Numbered from the stretch's first letter, positions 1 through 15,442 are shown. The stretch is 64,000 bases of DNA from the human T2T-CHM13v2.0 reference genome, Homo sapiens (GCF_009914755.1 NC_060935.1); one strand, 5' to 3'. Notes: generated by a model from the sequence alone, not told the origin. Program-made: numbers and translations.

Positions 1-1347
1 TAGCTCTAATGCTCTAAGGCATTCATTATATGTATCAAAAACTTTTCTTGTGCACATGAGAATAGTATTCCTTATATACCATCTTGGCAGAATTGAGAAA
101 ATATCTCTCAAATAACATTTTTGTCTTCTGTCATTCAGATAAGAAACTTGGTAGAATATACTAATATAAAATTGGCAACATGTAACTGCTAGTGAATATT
201 TTATTCTCTACATGGGGCCAACACAATAGTTGCTATTACTTTGGTTTTTGTATTATGCCTGCAGAAAAACTTGGAATTAAAAACAAAAAGAAATTAAATT
301 GGAAGAACAGCCATTTAAAACCATACATGAAAAGTCAAGCTTCAAGCATTATACGTAAAAAGCACCTTCTAGAACTACAGATACTAAATTATTGTCTTCA
401 GGTACCATCTTCTTAAAATAACTACTAATTTTCTAGGAGATGCTGATGCCACTTCAGCAGATTTGTGTGTTCTTGTTTCTATGTGGTCAGTGAGAGCACC
501 ACAGCCTCCGGGGTAGATGGTGCCCCTGGACAAATACTTGGTGCAAGTTACAGAGTCATCACCAACTTTCTTGAGAATGAAAACTTAGTACTTAAACTGT
601 TATTAAACAGGCATTTTGATTATTTTTTAACTTATTTCTGTCAAAAGGGTTTATTGCAAAAATAAAAAAGTATTACAAAGCAATGAAATAGTGGCTATAG
701 ATCTATACCATACAATAAGTAGCAAAAATACCATAGCAAAATCATGCACACGACTCACTCCATTCTCTATACGCTGTAGAGTGTACAGGACTGCTTGGCT
801 TCTATATCATGTCCGTCTAATAGAATTTCCCACCCTTGCGGTCGATCCTGCTGACTGGAAGCCTGACAGCCTCACACGTCTCTCAGGCCATGTCACAACT
901 GGCTAGTGAAGCAAGGGTCCATGAGCACAGCAACTTCCAGAGCTTCTCCCAGCTCCACTCACGGCCAGAAAGAATTAGCTACCCCACACTGCTCGTATCT
1001 AAACACGCTTTATTATATCATTGAGCATCTGGCATTCCTCCCTTGAAATGGAAGCATTAATTAGCTGTATCCAGAAAGAGGGCCTTAACTACATGTCAAG
1101 CTGAGACCTCCTTTCACTATGTGTGAGTCTCATATAGACTAGAAGAGCTCACAGCAGAACCCTTGGGTACAAAGTGGAGGTCTCCCAAACTCAACCCAAC
1201 AATGTGGTCCTATCAGTTTAGTGCAACCATTAATACTAATGCTTTGTTAGAGAATAAAAAATCCAGAGCTAATGCTAAACTAGCTAGGATGCCGAGCAAA
1301 AGGCAAAACCTGGAGACTGTTGAAACTGAGACATATATCACTCCTAC

Positions 1348-1709
1348 TGTATTAGTCCATTTTCACATTGCTGATAAAGACACTCTCGAGACTGGGTAAT
1401 TTATAAAGAAAAAGAAGTTTAATGGACTTACAGTTCCATGTGGCTGGGGAGGCCTCACAATCATGGCAGGAGGTGAAAGTCACATCTTACATGGTACCAG
1501 ACAAGAGAGAATGAGAACCACGCAAAAAAAGCAATCCCTTATAAAAACCATGGATCTCATGTGACTTATTCACTACCACAAGAACAGTATGGGGGAAACC
1601 ACTCCCATGATTCAATTACCTCCCACTGGGTACCTCCCACAACACATGGGAATTATGGGAGCTACAATTCAAGATGAGGTTTGGGTGGGGACACAGAAAA
1701 ACCATATCA
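1348..1709 (-). mobile_element. THE1 (THE1B-like) MaLR solo LTR
   Basis: Reverse complement of THE1 consensus (tgtattagtcc...accatatca), ~360 bp, perfect 5-bp TSD cctac at 1343-1347 and 1710-1714. Confidence 0.93.
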
Positions 1710-1883
1710 CCTACCATAAGCAAACCACAAAAATACATTTTAAACAAAAATTTTCTTAAAATATTTAAATTTCTACATTATAATGTTCAGTAAAGATCAT
1801 GGTTTTTCTACATAGTTTCTCTACTTTAAAAAATGTCTCTGCTCAGATGAGACTTTGTGTATTCCAGATGGCTTTACAAAACA

Positions 1884-1963
1884 TTAGGTTAAACCGAATG
1901 AAGTTGCCCTCTTTGTCATTCAGAAACAGTTGAGTATCACCAAGTTTGTACTGATAATCCTAA
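1884..1963. mobile_element. MADE2 mariner-derived MITE (degenerate)
   Basis: 80 bp, ttaggttaaacc...tcctaa, matches recalled MADE2 consensus TTAGGTTGAACCATATGAAATTGCC... Confidence 0.7.
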
Positions 1964-2777
1964 TATTTAAAACAACCTATAGTTCAGAAGATATGTTGTT
2001 GAAACTGAAGAGTAAAAAGAGTTTCGGAGAAACAATAAGAGGACAACATTAAGAAAATATGCACATCCCGAAGAGAATTAGAATGTGGAACATCAAGAGT
2101 CATAAAAGTTATACAAAGGTCTTTGCTTTAATTATGTTCCTAAAAATTTATAAAATGTGTTTTGAGCAATGCTTACCCTGAAATATTCTTAAGGGGGTAT
2201 GAGTTCAAAAACAAAAAAGAAACCAGAGGTTCATAGAGGATACCAGTAATTTGTCTGGCACTTTGCAAAGTGAGAAAGAGAATTGAAAACTGAATGGGAC
2301 TGATTAGACAAGAAAAGAAAGAAAAGCAAGAACAGATTCTCGGGGAAGAGTGGGCCTTGCCCTGAGGTGTACCAGTCACGCACTTAAAACCCTTTAACAT
2401 CAAAACCCTGTTTAGCACATGCTAACGCCCAGCTGGAGACAATTTTCAATTCTCCCCTTAATTTTTCTCAGCTGCTGAACTTGTAAGACCCCCCCCCACC
2501 CCAACTACATAACGCTCATGTCATGGTTGAAGCTGTCTCACTCTATGCCATAGCATGGGATTTACTGCACTGGTGAGTTACGAGGGAAACTGTCTTATTT
2601 TAATTTGGGATGAAAGGGTAGCATGGGGGATTGGGGGACAACTGTACTGGTCTTAGACCTATGATCCACCACAGCTTTGTTACAAACTAGTTGTGTCAAC
2701 AGACAGTCACTGCTTTTTTCTAGATTCCACAGATAAAGGGGGAGCTTGAACCATTAAACTCCTAGGTGATCTAGAAG

Positions 2778-2815
2778 TTTTCCTTAAATTAGAATATTTT
2801 CCTTAATTTAGAATA
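2778..2815. repeat. 19-bp tandem duplication
   Basis: ttttccttaaattagaata / ttttccttaatttagaata, one mismatch. Confidence 0.85.
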
Positions 2816-4589
2816 ATGCAAAATTAGCTGACTGCTACTGTTTCAATATTTGTGTTCTTAGGTGGCTCCCAGAGAAGGGAAAAAAAGAGTGAAGTCCCAG
2901 GAATCTTTAATTAACATGGAAAAAGTTACAAGATCAACAGAGACAGAGCAGGGCAAAGTAGAGGTTGGGGGAAGTGGGAATGAATATGTATACTTTCAAA
3001 CTATTTCTTACCAAACCTGCCTCTGGGAGCCGTGCAAAAGGAACATCATTTAAAGAGTTTATTTTTGCTTCTTGCTGAGATCTGTGTGACTGAAATTCAG
3101 CCTTGTTTTTTTTTTATCCTCCTGCTGTTTTTCTGTTAGTTCAGAACTGAGCATTTGAGAGATATTTTGACTCTGAAAAAAAAAATAAACTGCAGGGTAA
3201 AGTTCTATGTCTGGACATTTTTCTTATAAAATTTCTGGGGGGTTACATATTTGAGAGACTTCAAAGCATATGTTGTTAATCACTCTTTTGGCATTTCATT
3301 AACATTTACAATTCTGACATATTAAATCTAAATGAAATCCTTATTGGAGACATTTAATATATAGTTCAATATGCTATGAGTAGAATAAAATGTCCAAAAG
3401 GAGAGAGGAAATGAATTTCCATGTGTGTCTTTCAGGGTAGCATTTTTTTCTTGAAGGATATCCTCCAGAAACTAGAGGATGCCATCGTTAGCTGTTTGCT
3501 ACCACACCGATAATTCACCTGGTAGTGAATAAAGCTGTTTTAATTACAGATCCTACATGGACCGTAAAATGATAGTCCAATTTTCATTTTTTAGACAGGG
3601 AGACTGAAACATTAAGGATATGGGATTCACCAAAGGTCACATGGTGCTTAGTGACATAGTCACGCCTTCCAGCTCTGGCTCTCATATGTATCAGAACATA
3701 ACATAACCCATCTTATCCCATAGATTAGATGATACTCACTCATGGAAATTTCATTGTCAGTCTTCCATCCCACATTTGCTATATGGCCTTAGGATCCTTA
3801 CAGCCTAATTTTTCTATTAAGTTGGAGGTTTTCACCTTCTTGTTGAAAGTTGGAAATTTAGAGCAAATAAGTTAGTTCATAGTAAGAATATATTAGAGAT
3901 ATTCAAGCAGGAGGGGCCAGGGAAAGTAGATTTAAGAGAAATTACTCCATCTCTTTTCCTTTAAGTATTTTTTTCTCTGGGAATTTTTCCACTGTTCCTC
4001 CAAAGATCAGAACATTGAGAAATATTAAGACCTGATGTTAGCAAAAGTCTGTTAGCATTAATTAACCCAGCTTGGTTTTCACTAGGGTGCCTATAGTGTT
4101 TTAGCTTCTATTTCAAAACTCAAAATAGTCTGAAACCCAAAGTTAGTTTTTAGTAAATGAGTCACTGAAATTCCTTTGAAAATAAAACCTGATATAGACT
4201 GATATATTTATTTATAGTTTTTATTTATCCTACAAAGTATGAATATTCAACAAATATTGATGCATTTATTTAAAAGGTGTGTCTTCAGACCCTGCTGGGG
4301 TGATAATGTAGTGGTAGAGGCATTATATTACATTTCTAAGATTCAGAAAATCTCAAATTACAAGACACATCTGGCAATTTGGGATTTTGAATAAGCAAAT
4401 GTAGACTTGTATTATATGAAAGTTGTGTGCTTTCAGAGCCTTGGAAAAATTCAATGCATGATTTGTGGCACTCAAATGAGATGATGTAACTCAACTTTAA
4501 GTCTTGCAGCTAGGCACTGGGCCTATTTTGAGTGGCAGTGTCTCTTATACGTACAGAGCATATTCTGTACCATACCAAAAGAAATCACA

Positions 4590-4655
4590 TTGACTTTCTC
4601 AGAGATCATTTCAGGGAAATTCTTGACTTTCTCAGAGGACATTTCAGGGAAATTA
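4590..4655. repeat. 33-bp tandem duplication
   Basis: ttgactttctcagagatcatttcagggaaattc / ttgactttctcagaggacatttcagggaaatta. Confidence 0.92.
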
Positions 4656-5337
4656 TTTCCAAGAACTGAAAAGCACCATAGCCTAGATCCAGAAACAATT
4701 CTTGTGCTCTGAGTACACACATAAAAACTCATGAGTTGATGGAACTCAGCAAATGCAGCAGTTAGCAATACGCTAGTGAAAATTTTCCCAAATAATGTTT
4801 CACTGTCTTGAGGTGGAGAAAAAGGCTGCAATCAAAAATGTTTGAGAGCCGCTTTCATACTGTGTCCTGCTCTTGGAAACTGACCATGCACATTCGCCTA
4901 TTACATGCTCTGGAAAATCCTGCAAAAACAATAACACAAAAAAACCTGTTTAGCTCATTGTGACCACAAAACTCATCATTTCTGAAAATACCCCATAATG
5001 TCTCAAGGTTGATTAACATTTCCATGAAACAAACACTGAGAAAGTTACCTGCTGCCCATTGAACACTGCTAGCAGCTCTGGGTCTCTGGCATTCCCGAAT
5101 TGGATGACAGACAGAGAACAGCAACCAAGAAACCAGCTCAAGTAGGAAAGATGACAGGCACTCGAATGGGGAAGATTAGTCGGGAAAATAGATGACTTGG
5201 AACTTCCTGATTCAATCACTGATTACTGCCTTCAAATGTTTCAATTAATATCTTAAGAGGTTCCTCCTGTAACCAGAGGAATAAAACAAGGTCCTTCAGA
5301 TAACATTTTCCGACTGGCATATTTTAGCTGAACACAG

Positions 5338-6586
5338 TTTTTTAAATTGTGTTAAAATACACACAACATAAAATTGCCTATCTTAGCCACGTTTAAATGT
5401 ACAGTTCAGTCACATTATGTATATTCACATTGTGCAACCATCACCACCATCCATATCCAGAACTTTTTCATCCTCCGAAACTGAAACTCTGAGACCATTA
5501 ACAATAACTCTCCATTCCCCACTTCCCTTAACCCTGGAAGCTACCAGTCTACTTTCTGTTTCTATGAATTTGATTATTCCAGGTACCTCACATAATTGAA
5601 ACTGGACAAAAATATTTTACTTTTTGTTACAGGTTTATTTCACTTAATATAATGTCCTCAAGGTTCATCCACATTGTAGCATGTATCAGAATTTTTTTCC
5701 TTCTTGAGGCTGAATAATATTCCATTATATGTGTCTACTGCATTTTATTTTGCCATTCATTCCTCAATGGGAACTTGAGTTGCTTACACCTTTTTGCTAG
5801 TGTGAATAATGCTGCTATCGACATGGGTGTGCAAATATCTATTTGAGCTTCTGTTTTCCATTTTTTTTTTAGTATATACCCAGGAATAGAATTTCTGGAT
5901 CCTATGGTAATTTTTTCATGAACCAGCATACTATTTCCCACTATAGTGACACCATTTTACATTTTCATCAACAGAGCAAAAGGGTTCAAATTTCTCTAAA
6001 TCCTATATTAGTCCGTTTTCACACTGCTGATGAAGACATATCTGAGACCGGGCAATTTACAAAAGAAAGCCTTATTGGACACAGTTCCACGTGGCTGGGG
6101 AGGTCTCACAGTCATGGTAGAAGGTGACAGGCACGTCTCACACGGCAGCAGACAAGAGAAGAGAGCTTGTACAGGGAAACTCCCCCTTACATAATCATCA
6201 GGTCTTATGAGACTTATTCACTATCATGAGAACAGCAGAGGAAAGACCTGACCCCGTGATTCAATTACCTCCCACTGGGTCCCCCCCACAACATGTGGGA
6301 ATTCAAGATGAGATTTGGGTGGGGACATGGCCAAACCATATCATTCCTTACTGACACTTGCTATTTCATCGATTTTTTATTTTTATTTTTTAAATGGTAC
6401 CTATCCTAATTAGAGTGAAATGGTATTTCATTGTGGTTTTACTTTGGATTTATCTAATGATTAGTGATGTTAAGTATCTTTTCATGTGTTTGTTAGCCAT
6501 TTGTATCTCTTGTCTGGAGAAATGTCTACTTAAGTCTTTTGCCCAATTTGTATTGATGTTGTTTGGTTTTTTGCTGTTGAGTTGTG
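5338..6586 (-). mobile_element. L1MB (L1MB3-like) 3' end, interrupted by a THE1 LTR
   Basis: Typical L1MB 3'UTR (aaccatcaccaccatcc...ccagaactttttcatc); ORF2 C-terminal remnant (ORF 5735-5941, ICTPMSIAALFTLAK); sequence resumes collinearly after 6343. Confidence 0.88.
6004..6343 (-). mobile_element. THE1 MaLR solo LTR nested in L1MB
   Basis: tatattagtccgttttcacactgctgat...ccaaaccatatca; degenerate TSD (atcc/ttcc). Confidence 0.92.
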
Positions 6587-6712
6587 TGCTGAAGGCAGTT
6601 TTTAAAAATCATTAGCTCTTCCTAAAGGTGGGATTCACTGCCTTTTAGGGAATTATTATGATTTCAGGCATTCAAACAGAAGCTGAAAGTATAGCTCTTT
6701 ATTAATTTAATT

Positions 6713-7022
<310 letters not shown>

Positions 7023-7107
7023 TAGTTGATTTTTGTATTAAAAATGCTTATTGTCCAGTTACATGCATTAATTGACACTTCCATCTGAAATGCCACTAAA
7101 TTGGAGT

Positions 7108-7590
7108 TTCAATCACTCACTTAACAAATATTTATTAAACACCTACCATGTGCCAGGCCTATTCTGAGTACTGGGGATAAAGCAGTGAAGAAAGCAGTCT
7201 TTGAAACTGAGGAGCTTATATTGTGATATGTGAAGAGATGGGAAAAGTTTGCTTTATTAGAATCACAGGTAGTCATAGGAAGAGAATTTCAGGTAATGGT
7301 AACAGTTGCCAAAAAAAAAAAAAAAAAAAGCCTCAAGGCAATAAAATGCTTAGTATCTTCAGAAAGCAACACAGGCTAGTATGGCTGAGAGCCATGAATA
7401 TAACAGACCACGGTGGGAGATATAATCTGAGTAGGCAGAGCATGTCATGCCAAGGAAGGAAGTTTGCATTTTTGTTCTAAAGATAAAGGAAACAGTGGAG
7501 AACTTTGAGCAGTGGAAGTACATGATCAGATTTAGATTTTGGAAGGCTCACTACTCTGTCTGCTGTGTAGAGAATATTCATAGCAGGACA
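7108..7590 (-). mobile_element. L2 fragment (3' end)
   Basis: acaaatatttattaaacacctaccatgtgccagg and downstream L2-type motifs (gagcagtggaagtacatgatcagattt...). Confidence 0.75.
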
Positions 7591-8227
7591 AAAATGTCAC
7601 TGCCATAGCAGCTACCACATGGCTCTACAATTGTTTTTTGTTTGTTTGTTTCTGCTTTCTCCATTAGACTCTAAGTTCTTTGAAGGATAAATCCACATAA
7701 TATTCTCAAAGTCTAATACACAGTAATTAAATAAATTATAATACATTGAAGGATAACTAATCCTTACAATTTTTTGGGATAAGTGAATTATGTTTTAATA
7801 TCTTCTATTTTAAAGATAGGAAAGCTGAGTTACAAGTGATGATATGTCCCAAACTGATAAGCTTTAAAGTCAAGACTGAAAACTGAGTCCCAGCACAGGA
7901 GCCAGATATTTCTTAATTGTGTCGGAAGCCAGGCTTTCCTTTAGTTATTTCTTCAAGTACTCACTGAGCCCTTACTAAGGTCTAGTAAGCTCTTACTCGC
8001 CAGGCAGTCTGCTAGACCTTAAGGATTCAGCAGTAAATAAAACCAACAAAAAATCCTACTTTAATGAAATTTGCATTTTAGATAACCTCAGGATTTCTAC
8101 ACTTCTAAGATATTACAATGTGATACTCTAATTCAGGGAAGGTATATCTCTAATTGCATAAAGGGGTAAAATAAAATATCTCCTAGAAATGGAAGAAGAA
8201 GAATTAAGGAAAACTGTTTTGTTTTCT

Positions 8228-9860
<1,633 letters not shown>

Positions 9861-10117
9861 TGCTTTGTTTTCTAGAAGCAAATGTATTTATGCTTCCTAA
9901 ATCTGCCCTTTACAGGTTTTTATTGGTCAACAAGCCACAATTCAGAAGAATGGGACATACCACACCCAGAAACCACTGGCCCAGTACGCAATTCTAACAT
10001 GTACCCTCTCCTCTTGTCCCTCACCCATGCCATGTTTATGCTGGTCTCAGGCTTGTGTTTGTATTTTACCCATCTTGAATGCTCTCTCTTTTTCTTTCTA
10101 TTGAAATCCTACCAATC

Positions 10118-10507
10118 TGTATTGGTCAGCCCTGGCTGCCACGACAAAATGCCACAGATGAGGTGACTTAAACAACAGAATATTTTCTCACAGTTCTGGA
10201 GGCTGGAAGTCTGGAATCAAGTTGTGGTAAATTCAGTTTCTGGTGAGGGCTCTTTTCCTGGCTTGTAGATGGCCACCTTCTTGCTATGTCCTCACATGGC
10301 AGAGAGGAAGAGGGAGGTCTCCCTCTGGTATATCTTCTTACAAGGACACTAATCATATCAGATCAGGACCCCATCTTTATGACCTCATTTAATCTTAGTT
10401 GCTTCCTTAAAGGCCCCATCTCCAAATACAGCCATGCTTAGGGTTAGGGCTTCAACTCTAGAAATAGGAATGGCAGGGAGAGGGGCAGAAACATTCAGTC
10501 CGTAAAG
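10118..10507 (-). mobile_element. MLT1 (MLT1B-like) MaLR LTR, inside an L2 fragment
   Basis: tgtatt...cttaaacaacagaa...ttctcacagttctggaggctggaagtc...acattcagtcc. Confidence 0.85.
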
Positions 10508-12709
10508 CCATTGTTCAAAGCTTAGCCCACATCATACCTTCTGGGAAAACCCAAGTCAATCTGAAGCCCTACCAATGATCATCTGTTCCCAAAACTCAAC
10601 ACCACCAAAACTTGTTTTAATAATCTACGACTCTACTACGTACAAGATTTTCTTGTCAACAAACATTGATGCTTTCTGAAGTAAGGTATCATATCTTACA
10701 CTTCATTGGAATCTACTATGACCTGGCAGTGTCGGGGGTATATAGGAGATAACTAAACAGCACTGAAAAGATGAATGATTTATTACTATTTCTCCAGCTG
10801 TGTTCCTATATGATGCTCTAGTAGAAGGATGCAAATGTCTCCCTGTGAAAGGGACACTCTCCAAGGCAATGGCAGTGCCAACACCCACCAGGGGCTGTTG
10901 GCCATCTTTCTGTTCTTCTGAAGGAAACATCAAAGGGCAGTTAGTACAGACCCTGCACACTCTTACTCACTCTTGATACCTCAAACAGCAAAGTGCCAGA
11001 ATGAATCACTTTTCTGAGCCAGGAGGTAAATGTGGCCATTTATAGATAGAAGGAAGAGATTAGGTATGTTGAAAGGGGAAGGTTTTTATGCTTTGCTTTT
11101 GATCCCCGTCTGGCACTCCCCAGAGCTGCCATGTGCCCCACACCTGATAAATACTGTTTTATAAATGGCAAAGAAGAGAATTTAAAGCCATAAATCTATC
11201 CCCACCCCCCTTGCTTTTTTATGGATCTAAAGGATAATTAAAACCATGCTCTTGCTTTGCAAATGAAGACTTGTCTTTCTGGCAGTCCCCATTTCAAATG
11301 AACTTGGGAGCAGTGTCAGTGCAAAGGGCAGCCTTGGGTTGATGCTGTCCAGGCTGGGATGCAACTGTCTCTAACCTTGTAGGTCTCAGGGTGTGTGTGC
11401 ACCACCCAGGGGCTGCTGCAGTAAGCGAGACCTCTACACAGCTCTGCCTGGTGCTTTGAACTTGGTTAATGCACAGTGCTAATGAGGCCCAGGTCAATAT
11501 TTAGCTATTTTCAGAGAAAAAAAAGAGAAAAACAATGTCCTTCTTTGGCCATAGACTGCTCCCCCAAGCTTCAACCACTTCTTTCAGGTATTCATAGACA
11601 CAGGAAAACTGAGAGAAGGAATATGAATGGATCAGGACTGCCAGAGAAACCATACAAAATATTACATCATCATATAAATGAATCATCATAAAGGCCATGT
11701 ACTGTCAAGGAAAATGTTTTTGTTAAAGCTGTAAGTGGAAAATTAATAATATAAAATACGTTTGCATTATGAGGATAGAAAGTAAAAATAAATTATTTTT
11801 TACAATATATTTTCAATTATCAAATAATATGTGTGCACATGGTTGAAATAAAGAATAATAAAAAGGGCTTATACATGAAAGGCCTCTGTCCCTTCCCTCT
11901 TCCCCTTCCCCTCCCCAGAGAAAACTCTTTTAACTCTTTGGGCTATTTTTCTGGGAGTTAGTGCCATCTTTCTAGACAATGCATGTTTTTGCCTGCACTT
12001 TTAATTTATTCATTTTATACATTATCTTTTGAATCCCCACTATGATAGATTAAGATTTAGTTCACACAAACTCACCCTAAACCCAATCTCGTAGTAAATA
12101 AAAATTATGTCATTTATTCTTTAATCTTTTGTAATTACTTATTATCATACTTTTGTTTCTTGTTTTACCAACTAAAGGCAACATCTTTTAGCATCCCTGT
12201 CTTTTCTTTCTACTCTCAGCTCTCCCCACCGCACCACCTGCTACCTCCCAATTTCTCACATGCGCACTTCTTTTATATTGTCACAGAGGAGGGAAGGTAC
12301 ATTTTATTCCATAGCCAGCTTGCATCACTGAGCTGATTATAGAAGTTGAAAGTCAACTAACCCTATCCCTGTTATTTTGACTGTGTCAGTATTGCACAAA
12401 GCAGAGTAACGTAGTGTTTTCATGATTACAGTTCTTTCTTATAATGCTCTATCCTTTTTCTGAGATTTCTAGATGCCAGTTTTTTAAAATTTTGCCTTTA
12501 TCACACTTTAGAATTTTATATCAAAAATCCTTCCCACTCTCTTTTTACGTCAATTCTCCTGCCTAGGCCCCTTTGTCCTTCTGCTCTAATCGACAGCTGT
12601 GCCTTCAGGCCATGTGCATTCATCTTCCTGGGAATTGTTATTCTTTTCCTGGGTCAGTTCCACCATATCTAGATCCTATATCCTCTTTGTTGGTTTGATC
12701 CCTGGTTTG

Positions 12710-13222
12710 TTGCAGCATTGCAGCAAACACACATCCCTCTTTCTTTCTAACATATCCTACTTTTCATTCTGGTATACCACCCTATGTTAATGATCTTGAA
12801 CTTCACCAAGTCAATTGTGTCAACGTTTCCCTTCCTACTGATGGGTTGAAAAGTGGACATATTGTCAATTTTAGACAATGAAAGGGAAATTTTGTCATGG
12901 AACCTCTGGTGAAGTCTTTGATTTAAAAAATTCACAAAAAGAGAATGTCCTTTATTCCTCTGGTCATTTTCTTATCTGTACATGATATCTGGTTATACAA
13001 GTAATCCTCCAATGCAAAGAGAGCTATCTCAAGAATGATGCAACTCACCAAGAACAACAGAAAAGCAAAGCAGGAAGAACTTAAAATGTTGGTAACATAA
13101 TTGAGTCAACATTATAGCTGTCCATTCTAGACTTCTTGTTATTTGAGATAATCGCTGTCTTTCTGTGTAAACCAGTTGAGTTATAGCTCTCTACTGTTGC
13201 ATTGAGTCATTTTATCTAACAT
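12710..13222 (+). mobile_element. MLT1J/K-like MaLR LTR
   Basis: 3' part ctagacttcttgttatttgagataat...aaccagttgagtt...ctaacata resembles MLT1J/K. Confidence 0.6.
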
Positions 13223-13582
13223 AGGCATTTCTTCAGGAAGCTTTCTAAAATAAGTGTATAAAGTGAATTTTCTGAGTCCTTATAAGGAAAAAAAAAAAGT
13301 CCTTATTTTACCATAACAATTTAGTGATAGTGTAGTTGGGTATAGAATTCTAGGTTGAAAACTCATTTTTCCTAAAAAATATAATGCTAATGCTCCAATG
13401 TCTTTTCTCCTGTTCCCCACCACCACCTCTCTCTCTGTGTGTCTCTTTCTTTTTCAGTGGGCTTTTAGAATCTTCTCTTTTTTCTTGGTATTCTGTGAAT
13501 TGACCATATGTTTAACTATGGCATTTTTTCATTCATTGTGTGAGACATACAGATATCATTATAATTTACTTGTTTCTTTTAG

Positions 13583-13926
<344 letters not shown>

Positions 13927-14131
13927 TTTTAAATGAATTCTTTGTATGCACTTCTCTCTTTCTGGAAACGTGTTAATCAGATATTTGACTTCCTAGATTA
14001 ATCAGCTATGTCTATACATTTTGTTCTCATATTTTCTATAACTTTACATATTAATTAAACATTCTTGGTCTCATAGACTTTACTTTCCAATGTGTTATAG
14101 AAAAGTATTTATATATTTTATAAATATGACA

Positions 14132-14366
14132 TTTTTTATTTTCTTTAATTTTTGTGTGTACATATTAGGTGTATATATTTATGGAGTACATGAAATGGTT
14201 TGAATCAGGCATGCAATGTGATACAATCACATCATAGAGAACAGTGTATCCATCCTCTCAGGCATTTAACCTTTGTGTTACAAACAATCCTATTACACTC
14301 CTTTAGTTATTTTTAAATGTACAGTTAAGTTATTATTGACTCTACCCACGCGATTGTGCTATCACA
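14132..14366 (-). mobile_element. L1MA (L1MA2-like) 3' end
   Basis: aggtgtatatatttatggagtacatga...caggcatgcaatgtg...ttacaaacaatcc. Confidence 0.82.
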
Positions 14367-14608
14367 AAATTATATTTCTAAGTAATGCGTTTTTTATTCT
14401 TCGATTATTTTCCCTTATCATCGCACTGGTTCTTGTATTATCTTGTATTTTCTCAAATGTTTCTGTTTGTTCATGTTTAATAATACAGACATTAGAAATT
14501 GATTGGATACTCAATACTATTGAACTTTGCTTAAGGTACTCATGCACAGACTGGACATTATACTGGAGGTCTCCTAAATGAAAGGGTGTGGAACTCGTTT
14601 CTCTAAGA

Positions 14609-14823
14609 TAGTGGCTCAACCAGGGGTCATTTTGTCTTCCAGAGGACATTTGGCAATATCTGGAGATATTTTTATTTATTGCATCTGAGGAAGAGGGGAT
14701 ACCACTGGCATGTAGGGAATGAGGCCAAGGGTGCTTCTAAACATCCTAAGTACACAGAACATCCCTCAACAGCACAGAATTGGCAGCCCAAAATGCCAAA
14801 CATGCCAAAGCTAAGAACCCCTG
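14609..14823 (+). mobile_element. MER20 (hAT-Charlie MITE)
   Basis: agtggctcaacc...ggacatttggcaatatctggaga...taaacatccta...gaacccctg. Confidence 0.88.
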
Positions 14824-15442
14824 CAGTAGGAAAATCAAATTTCTTTACAAAAGAATGCCTCCACCATTGGTTTGTTTTCCGAGGGAGGCAAACATCTGGT
14901 TTCTTCAGACTGCATTTACTTGGGAAGAAAAGAGGTTGTTATGTATATAAACTACAAATTAGTTTCTCTGTAGCCTCTGTTTCACATTCTTCCACCACAC
15001 TTCCAACACCTGAGACTTTCTGTGATCCAAATGGCTGACGACTTCATCCTGGTGTCCTAGTGCATTATCATCCATCAATGCGATAAGCTGCAGCGCCCAT
15101 CCCTGACTTCATTATTTATCCCTCAGTATATTATAGTTTTCATCTTCTAGAAATTTGTCAAAATCCCCTATAGCCCTTCTCCTGTTCTCTTTATTATTAT
15201 TACTATTTTATCACAAGTTTAATGTGCTCTGAAGAAACAAAATAGATAAACCCATGCAGTTAGGCCTTCGTCTTTGAATAGAAGTCTTTCCTTGCCTCCC
15301 TTAATTCATTTATTTTTCAAAAGCTATGTAACATCAACAATGTACTAGGTTCTGGGCAATGTGGTGGCCATAGGGCATACAACCATATGTAAAACATACG
15401 GCCTGCTTGAAAAATCTCTCTTTGGTAAAGAATGTTTTTAAA

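Noticed and set aside
1348-6343. The two THE1 LTRs as ends of one provirus
   Set aside because: The first has its own complete TSD, the second sits inside an L1MB, and the intervening DNA is not MaLR internal sequence.
7971-8021. Small inverted repeats (taaggtctag/ctagacctta) in an L2 fragment
   Set aside because: 10-bp arms; at most a minor template-switch scar with no functional support.
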